From Treponema sp. (GTDB taxonomy: Bacteria > Spirochaetota > Spirochaetia > Treponematales > Breznakiellaceae): a stretch of 64,000 nucleotides of DNA. The stretch is taken from assembly GCA_009787835.1 (NCBI GenBank), contig WQSN01000008.1:2308-66307 (forward strand). Reading direction: 5' to 3'. Under the pieces are notes generated by a model. That model ran no database searches. It was not told the origin of the DNA and worked only from the letters and a program-made list of their open reading frames with translations. Both the position numbers and the translations under genes were made by a program. This document shows positions 1-10,250 of this stretch, piece after piece. Numbering within the stretch: position 1 is the stretch's first letter; every line of letters starts with the position of its first letter.

Positions 1-246
1 TCCGATAAGGCTCTTTCCGTTCAGGTAAATTTCACCCGATGTCGGCGTATGTAGCTGGGCCAAAGCGCGCACTACTGTAGATTTGCCGCAGCCCGATTCT
101 CCCACAAGACCGAGCGTCTCTCCCTTATCAAGTGAAAATGAAATGCCGTCTACCGCGAATATAAATTGTTTTTTTCTGTTTACAATACCTTTGTAGCCCG
201 CGGGAAAGTGCATACACAGGTTTTTTACATCAAGTAATTTTTCCAT
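1..246 (-). CDS. oppF: Oligopeptide ABC transporter ATP-binding protein, 5' part only (runs off the window edge)
   Basis: Manual translation from the ATG overlapping the oppD stop (TAATG): [10 protein letters not shown]...[26 protein letters not shown] (Walker A). Confidence 0.9.
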   Translation of the reverse strand, partial: MEKLLDVKNLCMHFPAGYKGIVNRKKQFIFAVDGISFSLDKGETLGLVGESGCGKSTVVRALAQLHTPTSGEIYLNGKSLIG

Positions 247-1229
247 TATTCACCACCTTTCCAGCAGGATGCCGCGTGTCCGTTTCCATAATCTTTTTCC
301 GCAGGGCAGCTTGTTTTGCATATTTCCATCGCTTCATCGCAGCGGGGAAAAAACGGACAGCATGGAGGAAGATCAATTACATTCGGCGGCTGCCCTGGAA
401 TTGAAAACAGCCGTTCAGTGCCTTCCTTGTCAAGGCGCGGCACTGAATGAATAAGTCCGCGGGTGTACGGATGTATTGGATTTTCAAAAATATCTTCGGT
501 AGTGCCGCGTTCCACAATTCTTCCTGCGTACATTACATAGATTGTGTCGCACATTCCGGCTACTACTCCAAGCGAGTGAGTTATAAGAATTACCGCCGCG
601 CCGAATTCCTGAGTAAGTTTTTTCATAATGTCGAGAATCTGCGCCTGTATCGTGACATCTAACGCGCTTGTAGGCTCGTCGGCAATCAGGATCTCAGGAT
701 TGCAGGATAAGCCCATGGCGATCATAACCCTCTGGCACATTCCGCCTGAAAACTGATGCGGATAATCATTGATTCTTTCTTCGGCTGCGGGGATTCCGGC
801 CATGGTGAGCATTTCTACCGCCCTCTTTCGCGCCTCTTTGCGTTTTAATTTCTGATGTAGCTGTATGGTTTCTATCATTTGGGTGGAGATTCTTAAAAAC
901 GGATTTAAACTTGTCATGGGATCCTGGAAGATCATTGCTATCTTCGCTCCGCGGATTTGACGCAGTTGCTTTTCATTCATTTTAAGAATATCTTCACCGT
1001 TGTAGATTACTTCGCCGCCCACGATTTTTCCCGGAGGAGACTGAATAAGATTTATAATTGAAAGATTGGTAACCGATTTTCCCGAACCGGATTCGCCTAC
1101 AATGCCTATTATTTCTCCCTTGCGAAGGGAAAATGAAACATCTTCTACCGCTTTTACAACGCCTTCATCGGTAAAGAAATGAGTGCGCAGGTTTTTTACT
1201 TCCAGAATTGTTTTATCAGATAACGCCAT
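246..1229 (-). CDS. oppD: Oligopeptide ABC transporter ATP-binding protein
   Basis: [36 protein letters not shown] and a C-terminal Cys cluster; likely start MALSDK at 1229. Confidence 0.95.
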   Translation of the reverse strand: MALSDKTILEVKNLRTHFFTDEGVVKAVEDVSFSLRKGEIIGIVGESGSGKSVTNLSIINLIQSPPGKIVGGEVIYNGEDILKMNEKQLRQIRGAKIAMIFQDPMTSLNPFLRISTQMIETIQLHQKLKRKEARKRAVEMLTMAGIPAAEERINDYPHQFSGGMCQRVMIAMGLSCNPEILIADEPTSALDVTIQAQILDIMKKLTQEFGAAVILITHSLGVVAGMCDTIYVMYAGRIVERGTTEDIFENPIHPYTRGLIHSVPRLDKEGTERLFSIPGQPPNVIDLPPCCPFFPRCDEAMEICKTSCPAEKDYGNGHAASCWKGGE

Positions 1230-1248
1230 CTTTACTACCTTTTCCGCC

Positions 1249-2310
1249 TTATGTTCTGTTCTTTCCCTGAGGATCAAACGCGTCGCGCAATCCGTCGCCC
1301 AGGAAGTTCATGGCAAAGAGAAATAAAGTCATCATCACCGCCGGAACAATCAAAAGCCACGGATAAAGTTCCATGCCCCTTACTCCTTCATCAATAAGAG
1401 AGCCCCATGATGACATTGGAGCGGAAACTCCCAAACCCAGAAATGACAGAAAACTTTCCGACATGATAAAACCCGGAAATGATAAAGTAGAGTAAATTAT
1501 TATGATTCCCAGCGTATTCGGAAGCAGGTGCTTTCCGATGATGCGAGGCGTACTCGCTCCGACAGATTTAGCCGCTTCAATAAATTCAGAATTTTTTAGG
1601 CTGATTATCTGGCCCCTGACTACGCGTGAAATTGTAAGCCATGATACAAGAGCGATTGCGATAAACAGAAGATAAATGCTGCGTCCGCCGAACAATGCCA
1701 TAAAGACAATTACCACCATCATGTAAGGCAGACCGTATACAATGTCCACAAAACGCATCATTAGATTATCAAGTCTGCCGCCGACATATCCTGCGACTGC
1801 TCCCCAGAAAATCCCAATCAACAGGGCTGTAACTGTTCCTACTACTCCAATTCCAAGGGAAATGCGCCCTCCATAGATTGTGCGTGAAAGAACATCGCGG
1901 CCAAGAATATCTGTTCCGAAAATATAGACTCTTTTATGCACTGGATTTGTTTCAATCTCGGTGCGCATGGCTGCAAGTTCCTCTTTTTCCCTGTCATTGT
2001 AATCTGTGCGCCCTTCTCTTGCCATGAGCTTTGTAAAATACGCTTCCCTGGTGCGGATCATTACATTTCCCGCGCTGTCAAATGAAGGCGGTAAATGAAT
2101 ATGCCGCATTTCCTGCCTTTCATAAGGGTAAAAAGGAAGAACAGGAGCAAGGAGTGATATGATGAAGTAAAATAAAACTATAATTAGCCCGACAAAGGCC
2201 ATTTTATTCTTTTTTAAACGTTTCCACGCGTCTGCGTAGAGCGAAACAGGTTTAACTGTCTGACTAAATTCATTCAGCGCAGCATCAACTTTTTTGCGGG
2301 TGAACAGCAT
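1249..2310 (-). CDS. oppC: Oligopeptide ABC transporter permease
   Basis: GTDILGRD, EFIEAAKSVGA (EAA loop), GDGLRDAFDP. Confidence 0.95.
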   Translation of the reverse strand: MLFTRKKVDAALNEFSQTVKPVSLYADAWKRLKKNKMAFVGLIIVLFYFIISLLAPVLPFYPYERQEMRHIHLPPSFDSAGNVMIRTREAYFTKLMAREGRTDYNDREKEELAAMRTEIETNPVHKRVYIFGTDILGRDVLSRTIYGGRISLGIGVVGTVTALLIGIFWGAVAGYVGGRLDNLMMRFVDIVYGLPYMMVVIVFMALFGGRSIYLLFIAIALVSWLTISRVVRGQIISLKNSEFIEAAKSVGASTPRIIGKHLLPNTLGIIIIYSTLSFPGFIMSESFLSFLGLGVSAPMSSWGSLIDEGVRGMELYPWLLIVPAVMMTLFLFAMNFLGDGLRDAFDPQGKNRT

Positions 2311-2326
2311 ATTATCCTTCTATGCA

Positions 2327-3256
2327 TTATTTATATGAAATTCTGGGATCCAGGAACCCGTAAATTATATCCACAATAAAATTTAAAGCAATTAAAATTA
2401 CAGAATAAACTATAACCGTTCCCATGATCATTGTATAATCCCGGTTTGTGGCGGAACGGACAAAGTGCATGCCCAATCCGGGTATCGCGAAAATTTTCTC
2501 CACTACAACTGAACCTGTAATAACCACCGCCATTGCAGGTCCTAAATAACTTACAACAGGAAGGCATGCGCCTTTTAAAACATGTTTAAAAATAATTACC
2601 GGCATGGGAAGCCCTTTAGCGCGAGCTGTACGAACATAATCTGAGCGGAGAGTTTCCAGCATGCTCGCCCGCATAAGGCGGGCTATGTACGCGAACTGGG
2701 GCAAGGAAAGCGTAATCGCCGGCATAATCAATGTAACAAGCCCGTGCCGGCCGTCTATCCATCCGGAAGTCGGCAGCAATTTGAACGTTATCGCGAAAAT
2801 TAACATTAACACAGGCCCGATAACAAAAGTAGGGACGGAAATACCTGTAACCGCCAATGACATTACAGTGTAATCGGCTGCGGTATTCTGTTTTAACGCG
2901 GAAATGATCCCTGCCGCCACTCCAAGCACCACAGCAATGGTAATCGCAACAAGCCCAAGAATAATGGAATTGGGAAGGCTTATCGCTATAAGTTCGTTAA
3001 CAGAAAAATCTTTATTTGTAAATGAAGGGCCAAGATCGCCTTTAAGTACGCCTCCTAAAAAGCGGAAATACTGCTTAACAAGAGGTTCATCCATATTGTA
3101 CTTGGCCATAAGATTTGCAAGAACAGCGGGAGGAACCGCTTTTTCCCTGGAGAAAGGCCCTCCGGGGGCAGCCCGTATTATAAAAAATCCCAGAGTAATA
3201 ATGATAAACACTGTCGGAATAATACTGATGAATCTTCTAAATACAAACTGTCCCAC
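2327..3256 (-). CDS. oppB: Oligopeptide ABC transporter permease
   Basis: APGGPF, GDLGPS, DYVRTARAKGL, LDPRI. Confidence 0.95.
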   Translation of the reverse strand: MGQFVFRRFISIIPTVFIIITLGFFIIRAAPGGPFSREKAVPPAVLANLMAKYNMDEPLVKQYFRFLGGVLKGDLGPSFTNKDFSVNELIAISLPNSIILGLVAITIAVVLGVAAGIISALKQNTAADYTVMSLAVTGISVPTFVIGPVLMLIFAITFKLLPTSGWIDGRHGLVTLIMPAITLSLPQFAYIARLMRASMLETLRSDYVRTARAKGLPMPVIIFKHVLKGACLPVVSYLGPAMAVVITGSVVVEKIFAIPGLGMHFVRSATNRDYTMIMGTVIVYSVILIALNFIVDIIYGFLDPRISYK

Positions 3257-3294
3257 GCAGGACCTCCTGATTTCTGTAAATAATTGAGTTCAAT

Positions 3295-3328
3295 ATACCT
3301 GTTCCAAACTGTTATTTGAAACAGGTAT
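3295..3328. repeat. Palindromic hairpin between oppA and oppB (CTGTTCCAAA-type small repeat; possible mRNA stabiliser or terminator)
   Basis: ATACCTGTTCCAAA...TTTGAAACAGGTAT inverted repeat with one mismatch. Confidence 0.65.
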
Positions 3329-3339
3329 TATTAAATCAG

Positions 3340-4923
3340 TTATTTTCTCCTTAAACCAACATAAGGATGTACATCCAGCGGATTGGCATACCAGCCATCC
3401 CACTTGTTAAGATCGATCATGCTCTGGGAAACATAGTAATAAATTGGAATTAAAGCCTGATCGCGGACAACTCCCATTTCCTCAGCCTGCCGCATTACTG
3501 CCGCGCGCTGCGGACCGTCCGGCATACCGGCAGCCTGGCGGATCAGAGCGTCGTATTCGGGGTTGCTGTACTGACCGTCGTTGTTACCGCTTCCTGTAAT
3601 AAGAAGGTCGAGAAGGTTCTGGGGATCCATATAGTCTGCAATCCATCCGGCGCGCGCCAGCTGGAAAGGCCCTGTGCTTCTGTAATCAAGGTAAGATGCC
3701 CATTCCATGTTTCTGAGAGTAATGTTGATGCCAAGGTTGTTCCTTAAAGCCTGCTGAATGTATTCACCGATAATTCTGTGTGAATCAAGCGTATTGTAAA
3801 CATATTCAAATGTGGGAAGCCCCTGTCCGTTCGGATATCCGGCTTCAGACAAAAGGCGCTTTGCTTCATTGACATTATATCCCTGTCCTGCAGGGGGTGT
3901 ATATCCTGTCATCGGAGGAGAAAGGGTCAATGCCGGTAACTGACCGCCTTTAATTACATTGTTAATCAACTCTTCGCGGTTAATCGCCATTGAAATGGCT
4001 CTGCGTACACGAGCGTCTTTTAATGCGGCGTGGCTGTTGGGCTGCTGATTTACAAGAATGTAGTATGTGCCTAACTGTGCCGATACCTGGTAATCTTTAT
4101 GAAGTTTAACTTCGTCGATTCTTGCCAGAGGAACATCCGTACCCCAGTCAATTTCACCGTTCAGGAAGCCGTTATATGCAGTATTCTGGTCTTCAATCGG
4201 AAGGAATGTAATCTTTGTAAGATGTACATTTGCTCTGTTCCAGTATCTTGTATTGGGAACAACCACGATCCTGTTATTGGGGATATATTCCTGAAGAATA
4301 AACGGACCGTTTCCTACAAAGTTCTCGACCCTGGTCCAGTTGGTTCCGTGCCTCTGAACAACATGCATTGGGATAGGGCTGAATGTGTAGTGAGCCATCA
4401 TGTCAAGCGCGTAGGGAACAGGACCGATTAATGTAACTTCAAATGTCCTTGCATCCACAGCGCGGATTGCGACATCCTGCCTTCTTCCGGCTCCGGTATT
4501 GTAATCATCGGCTCCCTTAACTACCATGCCCATCATATACGCGTATTCGGAAGCGGTAGCGGGATCAAGGGTGTGAAGCCATGAATCCACAAATGTCTGA
4601 GCTGTAATCGCGGTACCGTCACTCCAGGTAATACCCTGGCGGAGTGTGAATGTGATTACCGAATTATTACTACTAAATCTCCAGCTTTCAGCGACGCCAG
4701 GCACTGCTTTGGCGGTTCTGGGATCATAACCTACAAGACCTTCAAATAAAGCCATGTATACACGGTGTTCCGGAACGCCTGTTATCTGGCTTGGATCCAG
4801 TGACTGGATTTGTGTTCCATTATTTATCACCATTTCCGTAGCTCCAGGCGCAGCCTGGCTTCCTCTTGCAAAAAGCGCTCCTGCCGCAAGCAGACATAAT
4901 ATTAGCGCAATTCCTTTTTTCAT
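3340..4923 (-). CDS. oppA: Oligopeptide ABC transporter substrate-binding protein
   Basis: SLDP, LFEGL, WSDG..ITA..FV.SW, NGPF, GWIADYMDP motifs of family 5 SBPs. Confidence 0.95.
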   Translation of the reverse strand: MKKGIALILCLLAAGALFARGSQAAPGATEMVINNGTQIQSLDPSQITGVPEHRVYMALFEGLVGYDPRTAKAVPGVAESWRFSSNNSVITFTLRQGITWSDGTAITAQTFVDSWLHTLDPATASEYAYMMGMVVKGADDYNTGAGRRQDVAIRAVDARTFEVTLIGPVPYALDMMAHYTFSPIPMHVVQRHGTNWTRVENFVGNGPFILQEYIPNNRIVVVPNTRYWNRANVHLTKITFLPIEDQNTAYNGFLNGEIDWGTDVPLARIDEVKLHKDYQVSAQLGTYYILVNQQPNSHAALKDARVRRAISMAINREELINNVIKGGQLPALTLSPPMTGYTPPAGQGYNVNEAKRLLSEAGYPNGQGLPTFEYVYNTLDSHRIIGEYIQQALRNNLGINITLRNMEWASYLDYRSTGPFQLARAGWIADYMDPQNLLDLLITGSGNNDGQYSNPEYDALIRQAAGMPDGPQRAAVMRQAEEMGVVRDQALIPIYYYVSQSMIDLNKWDGWYANPLDVHPYVGLRRK

Positions 4924-4953
4924 AAAACCTCCTATGAAAATAAAATTCTATTC

Positions 4954-4982
4954 ATATTATCAGTATTTAAATTTATTATCAA
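4954..4982 (-). promoter_or_regulatory. Putative sigma70 promoter of the opp operon
   Basis: Minus strand TTGATA-N17-TAATAT upstream of the GGAGG RBS. Confidence 0.5.
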
Positions 4983-5056
4983 GCTTTTTAATTGAATTTT
5001 TAATGATTTAGCCGTTTATGCGTCATTTATATCAGGATTAAAGGTTAATAAAAAAG

Positions 5057-5085
5057 TGGACATATTATTTTTTGTGTAATATACT
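5057..5085 (+). promoter_or_regulatory. Putative sigma70 promoter of araBAD
   Basis: TGGACA-N17-TATACT; palindrome AACATATGTT at 5122-5131 downstream. Confidence 0.5.
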
Positions 5086-5172
5086 GTTGATACTTGTTTT
5101 TTCAATCAGTATATATATCTAAACATATGTTAAGCAAATATTTTGTTGTTAAATTAATAAAAGGCGGTAAAA

Positions 5173-6798
5173 ATGGATATCAGACAGACAATCATTGAAA
5201 ATAAAACATCTCTTGGAATAGAACTGGGTTCAACAAGGATTAAAGCGGTTTTAATTGGTGAAAATTTTGAACCTGCCGCCGCCGGCAGTCATGACTGGGA
5301 AAACAGGCTTGAAGCGCTTCCCGCAGGAACTGCTGGTAACTTAAATATCTGGACTTACTCCCTTGATGATGTGTGGACAGGGCTGCAGAACTGCTTTAAG
5401 GATTTATCCAGGGATGTTAAAAAGCGCTATGATATTGATCTTGTTTCCACAGGAGCCATTGGCATTTCCGCCATGATGCACGGATATCTGGTATTTGATA
5501 AAAATGACAACCAGCTTGCGCCGTTCCGCACATGGCGCAATACCATGACAGCGAAATCCGCTTCTTTGCTTACTGAAAAATTTCAATTTAACATACCTCA
5601 GCGCTGGAGCATCGCCCATCTTTACCAGGCTATATTAAATGAAGAATCTCATGTAAAGGATATTGGTTTTTTAACAACCCTGGCAGGTTATGTGCATTGG
5701 AAGCTGACAGGCAAAAAGGCGCTTGGTATCGGCGATGCTTCGGGAGTGTTTCCCGTGAATGAAGAATCTTATGATGAGCGGATGTTAAAACAATTTGATG
5801 AACTTGTTTCTCCGTATAATTACCGCTGGAAGATAGCGGACATTCTTCCTGCGGTTCAAAAAGCCGGTGAAAATTCAGGTCTCCTTACGCCTGAAGGGGC
5901 GAAACTGCTTGACCCTTCAGGCGTTCTAAAGACCGGTATTCCGTTCTGCCCGCCTGAAGGAGACGCCGGCACTGGCATGGTCGCTACCAACAGTATCGCG
6001 GAAAGAACCGGCAATGTTTCCGCCGGCACTTCCGTGTTCGCGATGATTGTAATGGAAAAAAATCTGTCAAAGGTATATCCGGAAATCGATATTGTGGCGA
6101 CTCCGGCTGGCAAGGCGGTGGCAATGGTTCACTGTAATAACTGCACATCCGATATTGACGCATGGTTCAAATTGCTGGGGGAAGCTCAGGTTCTGGGCGG
6201 AGTAAAAATGGATAAGCCCGCGCTTTATGACGCATTGTACTACAAAGCGCTGGAAGGGGATGAAAACTGCGGCAATCTTTTTGCATGTAATTATTATTCG
6301 GGAGAACACCTGACGCATATTGAAGAGGGACGCCCCTTATTCGTGCGTATGCCTGACAGCAGTTTTACTCTGGCGAATTTTTTAAAAACCCTTCTTTTTT
6401 CATCAATGGGAACGCTTAAATTAGGCATGGATATTCTGGTAGAAAAGGAAAAAGTCCGCATCGATTCTGTTCTGGGACACGGCGGCCTCTTTAAAACAAA
6501 AGGCGCTGGACAGCGGTTTCTGGCGGCCGCGTTTAATACGCCGGTATCAGTTATGGGTGAGTCAGCCGGTGAAGGAGGCGCATGGGGTATCGCGCTTCTC
6601 GCAGCTTTTATTCTGCGGGAAAACAAAACCGAAAATTCTCTTTCTGAATTTCTGGCGGAAAAGGTTTTTAAGGGCAGGGAAAGCGTACAAATCGCGCCTG
6701 ACGCGAATGATGTAAAAAGTTTTAAAAAATTTATGGAACTTTATACCGCAGGGTTAAATGTCGAGCGATCTGCGGTTGAAAATTTAAGGAGAGGATAA
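5173..6798 (+). CDS. araB: FGGY-family carbohydrate kinase, L-ribulokinase by context
   Basis: [25 protein letters not shown]; directly upstream of araA and araD. Confidence 0.85.
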   Translation: MDIRQTIIENKTSLGIELGSTRIKAVLIGENFEPAAAGSHDWENRLEALPAGTAGNLNIWTYSLDDVWTGLQNCFKDLSRDVKKRYDIDLVSTGAIGISAMMHGYLVFDKNDNQLAPFRTWRNTMTAKSASLLTEKFQFNIPQRWSIAHLYQAILNEESHVKDIGFLTTLAGYVHWKLTGKKALGIGDASGVFPVNEESYDERMLKQFDELVSPYNYRWKIADILPAVQKAGENSGLLTPEGAKLLDPSGVLKTGIPFCPPEGDAGTGMVATNSIAERTGNVSAGTSVFAMIVMEKNLSKVYPEIDIVATPAGKAVAMVHCNNCTSDIDAWFKLLGEAQVLGGVKMDKPALYDALYYKALEGDENCGNLFACNYYSGEHLTHIEEGRPLFVRMPDSSFTLANFLKTLLFSSMGTLKLGMDILVEKEKVRIDSVLGHGGLFKTKGAGQRFLAAAFNTPVSVMGESAGEGGAWGIALLAAFILRENKTENSLSEFLAEKVFKGRESVQIAPDANDVKSFKKFMELYTAGLNVERSAVENLRRG

Positions 6799-6800
6799 TT

Positions 6801-8288
6801 ATGGATCTTAAAAAATTCGAGTACTGGTTTATTGTAGGAAGCCAGGATCTCTACGGAGATGAAACGCTCAGGAAAGTAGCAGCTAACGCGCTTGTTATGG
6901 CGGATGAGTTAAATAAGGATCCGCTTATCGCGGGGACTGTGATTTTAAAGCCGACAGCGGTAACGCCGCAGATGATTCGCCGTCTTTTTGAAGAGGCAAA
7001 CGCCGCGGAAAACTGCGCCGGGATTATTACTTGGATGCATACATTTTCGCCGTCAAAGATGTGGATACAGGGGCTTTCAATTAACCGCAAACCTCTTTTA
7101 CACCTTCATACGCAGTTTAACCGGGACATACCATGGGCTTCCATAGACATGGACTTTATGAATCTGAACCAGTCAGCGCACGGAGACCGCGAGCATGGCC
7201 ACATTCACGCAAGAATGCGGCTGTCCAGGAAAGTAGTGGCAGGTTTCTGGCAGGACTCTGAAGTCCGCCGACGCATCGGAGTGTGGATGCGCAGCGCCGC
7301 GGCCAAAAAAGACGGAATGGATTCTGTTGTGCTCAGGTTAGGTGACAATATGCGCGAAGTCGCGGTAACAGAAGGCGACAAGGTGGAAGCCCAGGTTAAA
7401 TTAGGCTGGCAGATAAACACATGGGGTATAGGAGAGCTTGCGTCCCGTTACGCGAAAGTCAGTGACAGCCAGGCTGAAAAACTTGCCGGAGAATACGCCT
7501 CTCTTTATGAACTGGCAGCGGAACTTAAAAACGCGGGCGCGGCCAGGAACGCGATGCTTGAACAGGCAAAGATTGAAATCGCTTTAAAAGAAATGCTGGA
7601 AAAAGAGAACGCGGGCGCTTTTACTACCACCTTCCAGGACCTGCACGGCCTGCCCCAATTGCCGGGTCTTGCCGCGCAGAGGCTGATGGAGCAGGGTTAC
7701 GGTTTCGGCGCGGAAGGAGACTGGAAACAGTCCATGCTGACCCATGCCGCGAAGGTTATGGCATGCGGTCTACCTGGCGGCACTTCGTTTATGGAAGATT
7801 ACACCTACCATTTTGAGCCGGGAAAAGAAGCCGCTCTGGGTTCCCACATGTTGGAGATTTGCCCCTCGATAGCAAGCGGAAAACCGCGTATAGAAGTTCA
7901 CCCTCTGGGAATTGGAGGCAAAGCGGATCCCGCGCGTATGGTGTTTGACGCCGCTCCAGGACCCGCTGTTCTCGCCACGCTGATCGATCTCGGAAGCCGT
8001 TTCAGGATGATTGTAAATGAAATAGAAACCATAAAGATTGAAAACGCTATGCCAAAACTTCCTGTTGCGCGCGCATTATGGAAACCGTATCCAAATTTAA
8101 GCGGCGCGGCAGAGGCATGGATAATCGCAGGCGGAACACATCACTCGGTTTATTCAAGCGCGCTTACTGCGGAATATTTCCGCGACTGGGCGCAAATGTG
8201 CGGCATTGAATTTATACTTATTGATAAAGACACAAAACCGGACAGGTTAAGCGACGAACTGCGCTGGAATGAAGCGTATTGGCGCTGA
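6801..8288 (+). CDS. araA: L-arabinose isomerase
   Basis: GSQDLYG, WMHTFSPSKMW, NQSAHGDRE, FGAEGDWK, FMEDYTY, HMLE. Confidence 0.97.
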   Translation: MDLKKFEYWFIVGSQDLYGDETLRKVAANALVMADELNKDPLIAGTVILKPTAVTPQMIRRLFEEANAAENCAGIITWMHTFSPSKMWIQGLSINRKPLLHLHTQFNRDIPWASIDMDFMNLNQSAHGDREHGHIHARMRLSRKVVAGFWQDSEVRRRIGVWMRSAAAKKDGMDSVVLRLGDNMREVAVTEGDKVEAQVKLGWQINTWGIGELASRYAKVSDSQAEKLAGEYASLYELAAELKNAGAARNAMLEQAKIEIALKEMLEKENAGAFTTTFQDLHGLPQLPGLAAQRLMEQGYGFGAEGDWKQSMLTHAAKVMACGLPGGTSFMEDYTYHFEPGKEAALGSHMLEICPSIASGKPRIEVHPLGIGGKADPARMVFDAAPGPAVLATLIDLGSRFRMIVNEIETIKIENAMPKLPVARALWKPYPNLSGAAEAWIIAGGTHHSVYSSALTAEYFRDWAQMCGIEFILIDKDTKPDRLSDELRWNEAYWR

Positions 8289-8301
8289 TTGCGGGTGACC
8301 A

Positions 8302-9009
8302 ATGACAGCTGACGCATATAAAACATTACGCGAAGAAGCGTATGAAGCGAATATTGAAATACAGCGCCGCAGTCTTGCTATTTACACATGGGGCAATTCC
8401 TCCGCGTTTGATCCTGAAAAGGGAGTATTCGCCATAAAGCCATCCGGCGTTGATTATGATATGTTAACGCCGGATTCCATGGTGTTACTCGATCTGGATG
8501 GAAAAATTGTTGACGGCAGACTGAAACCTTCATCGGATACAAAGACGCACATGGTTTTGTACCGGGAGTTTTCCGGCATCCGCGGCGTTACCCATACCCA
8601 TTCGCCGTACGCGGCTGCGTGGGCGCAGACCGCAAAACCGGTCCCTGTTTTCGGAACCACCCATGCCGATCACTGCGCCAAAGAAATTCCCTGTACCGGG
8701 TTTATGAGCCCTCAGGCTGTTAAAAATGACTATGAGCTTGAAACAGGAAATCTTATTACAGAAACTTTTAAAACGTTAAACCTTGATCCGGTTTTAATTA
8801 ACATGATTCTTGTCGCGGGGCACGGCCCTTTTACATGGGGCATGAACGCCGCCAAATCCGTAAGCAATGGCGTTATTCTGGAAGAAATCTGCAAAATGGC
8901 GCTTTTCACCGTAACGATTGATCCTGACGCAAAGCCATTGCCATGGCACATAACAAGAAAACACTGGGAACGCAAACACGGGCCTGGCGCGTATTACGGT
9001 CAGAAGTAA
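8302..9009 (+). CDS. araD: L-ribulose-5-phosphate 4-epimerase
   Basis: TWGN, IKPSGV, PSSDT, HTHS, GTTHAD, HGPFTWG, YYGQK. Confidence 0.97.
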   Translation: MTADAYKTLREEAYEANIEIQRRSLAIYTWGNSSAFDPEKGVFAIKPSGVDYDMLTPDSMVLLDLDGKIVDGRLKPSSDTKTHMVLYREFSGIRGVTHTHSPYAAAWAQTAKPVPVFGTTHADHCAKEIPCTGFMSPQAVKNDYELETGNLITETFKTLNLDPVLINMILVAGHGPFTWGMNAAKSVSNGVILEEICKMALFTVTIDPDAKPLPWHITRKHWERKHGPGAYYGQK

Positions 9010-9012
9010 TTT

Positions 9013-9050
9013 GTCAGTCAATAATATGCCGCATTATTGACTGACTTTTA
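9013..9050 (+). terminator. Rho-independent terminator of araBAD
   Basis: GTCAGTCAATAAT / ATTATTGACTGAC 13-bp perfect stem followed by TTTT. Confidence 0.75.
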
Positions 9051-9069
9051 TTAATGCCTGGCGGAGGCT

Positions 9070-9179
9070 CTAGTGTCCTGTCTTATTCGGTTTGCGGAAT
9101 GATATAGTACGTTAATTCCTTATTGCATAAGGAATTAACTTAACAAACATTCCGGTATTTGAATAAGACAGGACACTAG
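9070..9179. mobile_element. 110-bp MITE-like nested palindromic element, copy 1
   Basis: 19-bp perfect terminal inverted repeats CTAGTGTCCTGTCTTATTC / GAATAAGACAGGACACTAG, internal 13-bp hairpin at 9111-9139; homologous copy at 36095-36205. Confidence 0.8.
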
Positions 9180-9217
9180 GGCGTATATCTGATACATGAT
9201 AAAGGTTTATTCACGGC

Positions 9218-10249
9218 ATGAAACTTAAGTTTTTATTATTTTTCCTATCGCTTTTTTTTCTTTGCGCTGCATTTTCCGCCTGCTCCAGAAAACCTGCCGA
9301 GCCCGATGGATTTATCCTCGGGTTTTCCCAGATTGGAGCGGAGAGCGCATGGCGAAACTGTAATACACGCTCGGTGCAGGAAGCGGCCGCAGAAACCGGA
9401 ATACAGCTTCTTTTTTTTAACGCCGAACAAAAACAGGAAAATCAAATAAAGGCAATACGTTCATTTATCGCGTATCAGGTTGATGTTATCGCCTTTGTGC
9501 CGATTGTGTCTGAAGGATGGGAGAATGTGCTGGAAGAGGCGAAAGAAGCGAACATCCCCGTATTGATATGCGACAGGGAGATTAATATAGATGATAAGAG
9601 TCTTTACTCAGGATATTTGGGCACAAATATGTTTCAGCAGGGACAAAGATCGGCTGAATATTTAATTAAAAAATTTTTTGATTCGCAGGGTAATATTAAT
9701 TTTGCCGGTTTAGCGCAGGAAACAGAATCAAATATACCGCGTTCAGGTGCAAATGATCCTGTAAAAATAGTTGAATTAAGCGGAACCGAAGGATCATCGC
9801 CTGCGATCCTGAGGGCTCAGGGGTTCCGCGATGTATTATCTGAATATCCTGAATTTGAAATTATCTACAGCGAATCCGGGGACTTTCTGCGGTCAAAAGG
9901 TTATGAGCTTATGTGCAACATACTGGAAAAATTCAGCGGCATTGACGTTATCTATTCGCATAACGACGGAATGACGCTTGGAGCCATTGACGCCATGAAA
10001 GAACGGGGAATAAGACCCGGAGAGGATATTATAATAATCAGTATTGATGGCGAACAGGCGGCCATTGACGCGATGATAAGGGGAGAGATTAACTGCGTGG
10101 TGGAGTGCAATCCCAAACAGGGGCCTGATATTATGCGCCTTTCAAAACTTCTTGCCGCGGGAGAAAAAATACCGCCTGTTATTTATATGTATGAAGAAGT
10201 ATTCACAGAATGGGATGATCTTTCCGGCATCGCGCCCAGAGGTTACTGA
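9218..10249 (+). CDS. Sugar-binding lipoprotein (YtfQ/RbsB-like), probable sensor partner of the downstream histidine kinase
   Basis: Lipobox FSAC; GFSQIGAESAWR, HNDGM.LGA, SIDG; stop is 1 nt before the kinase start. Confidence 0.85.
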   Translation: MKLKFLLFFLSLFFLCAAFSACSRKPAEPDGFILGFSQIGAESAWRNCNTRSVQEAAAETGIQLLFFNAEQKQENQIKAIRSFIAYQVDVIAFVPIVSEGWENVLEEAKEANIPVLICDREINIDDKSLYSGYLGTNMFQQGQRSAEYLIKKFFDSQGNINFAGLAQETESNIPRSGANDPVKIVELSGTEGSSPAILRAQGFRDVLSEYPEFEIIYSESGDFLRSKGYELMCNILEKFSGIDVIYSHNDGMTLGAIDAMKERGIRPGEDIIIISIDGEQAAIDAMIRGEINCVVECNPKQGPDIMRLSKLLAAGEKIPPVIYMYEEVFTEWDDLSGIAPRGY

Positions 10250-10250
10250 A

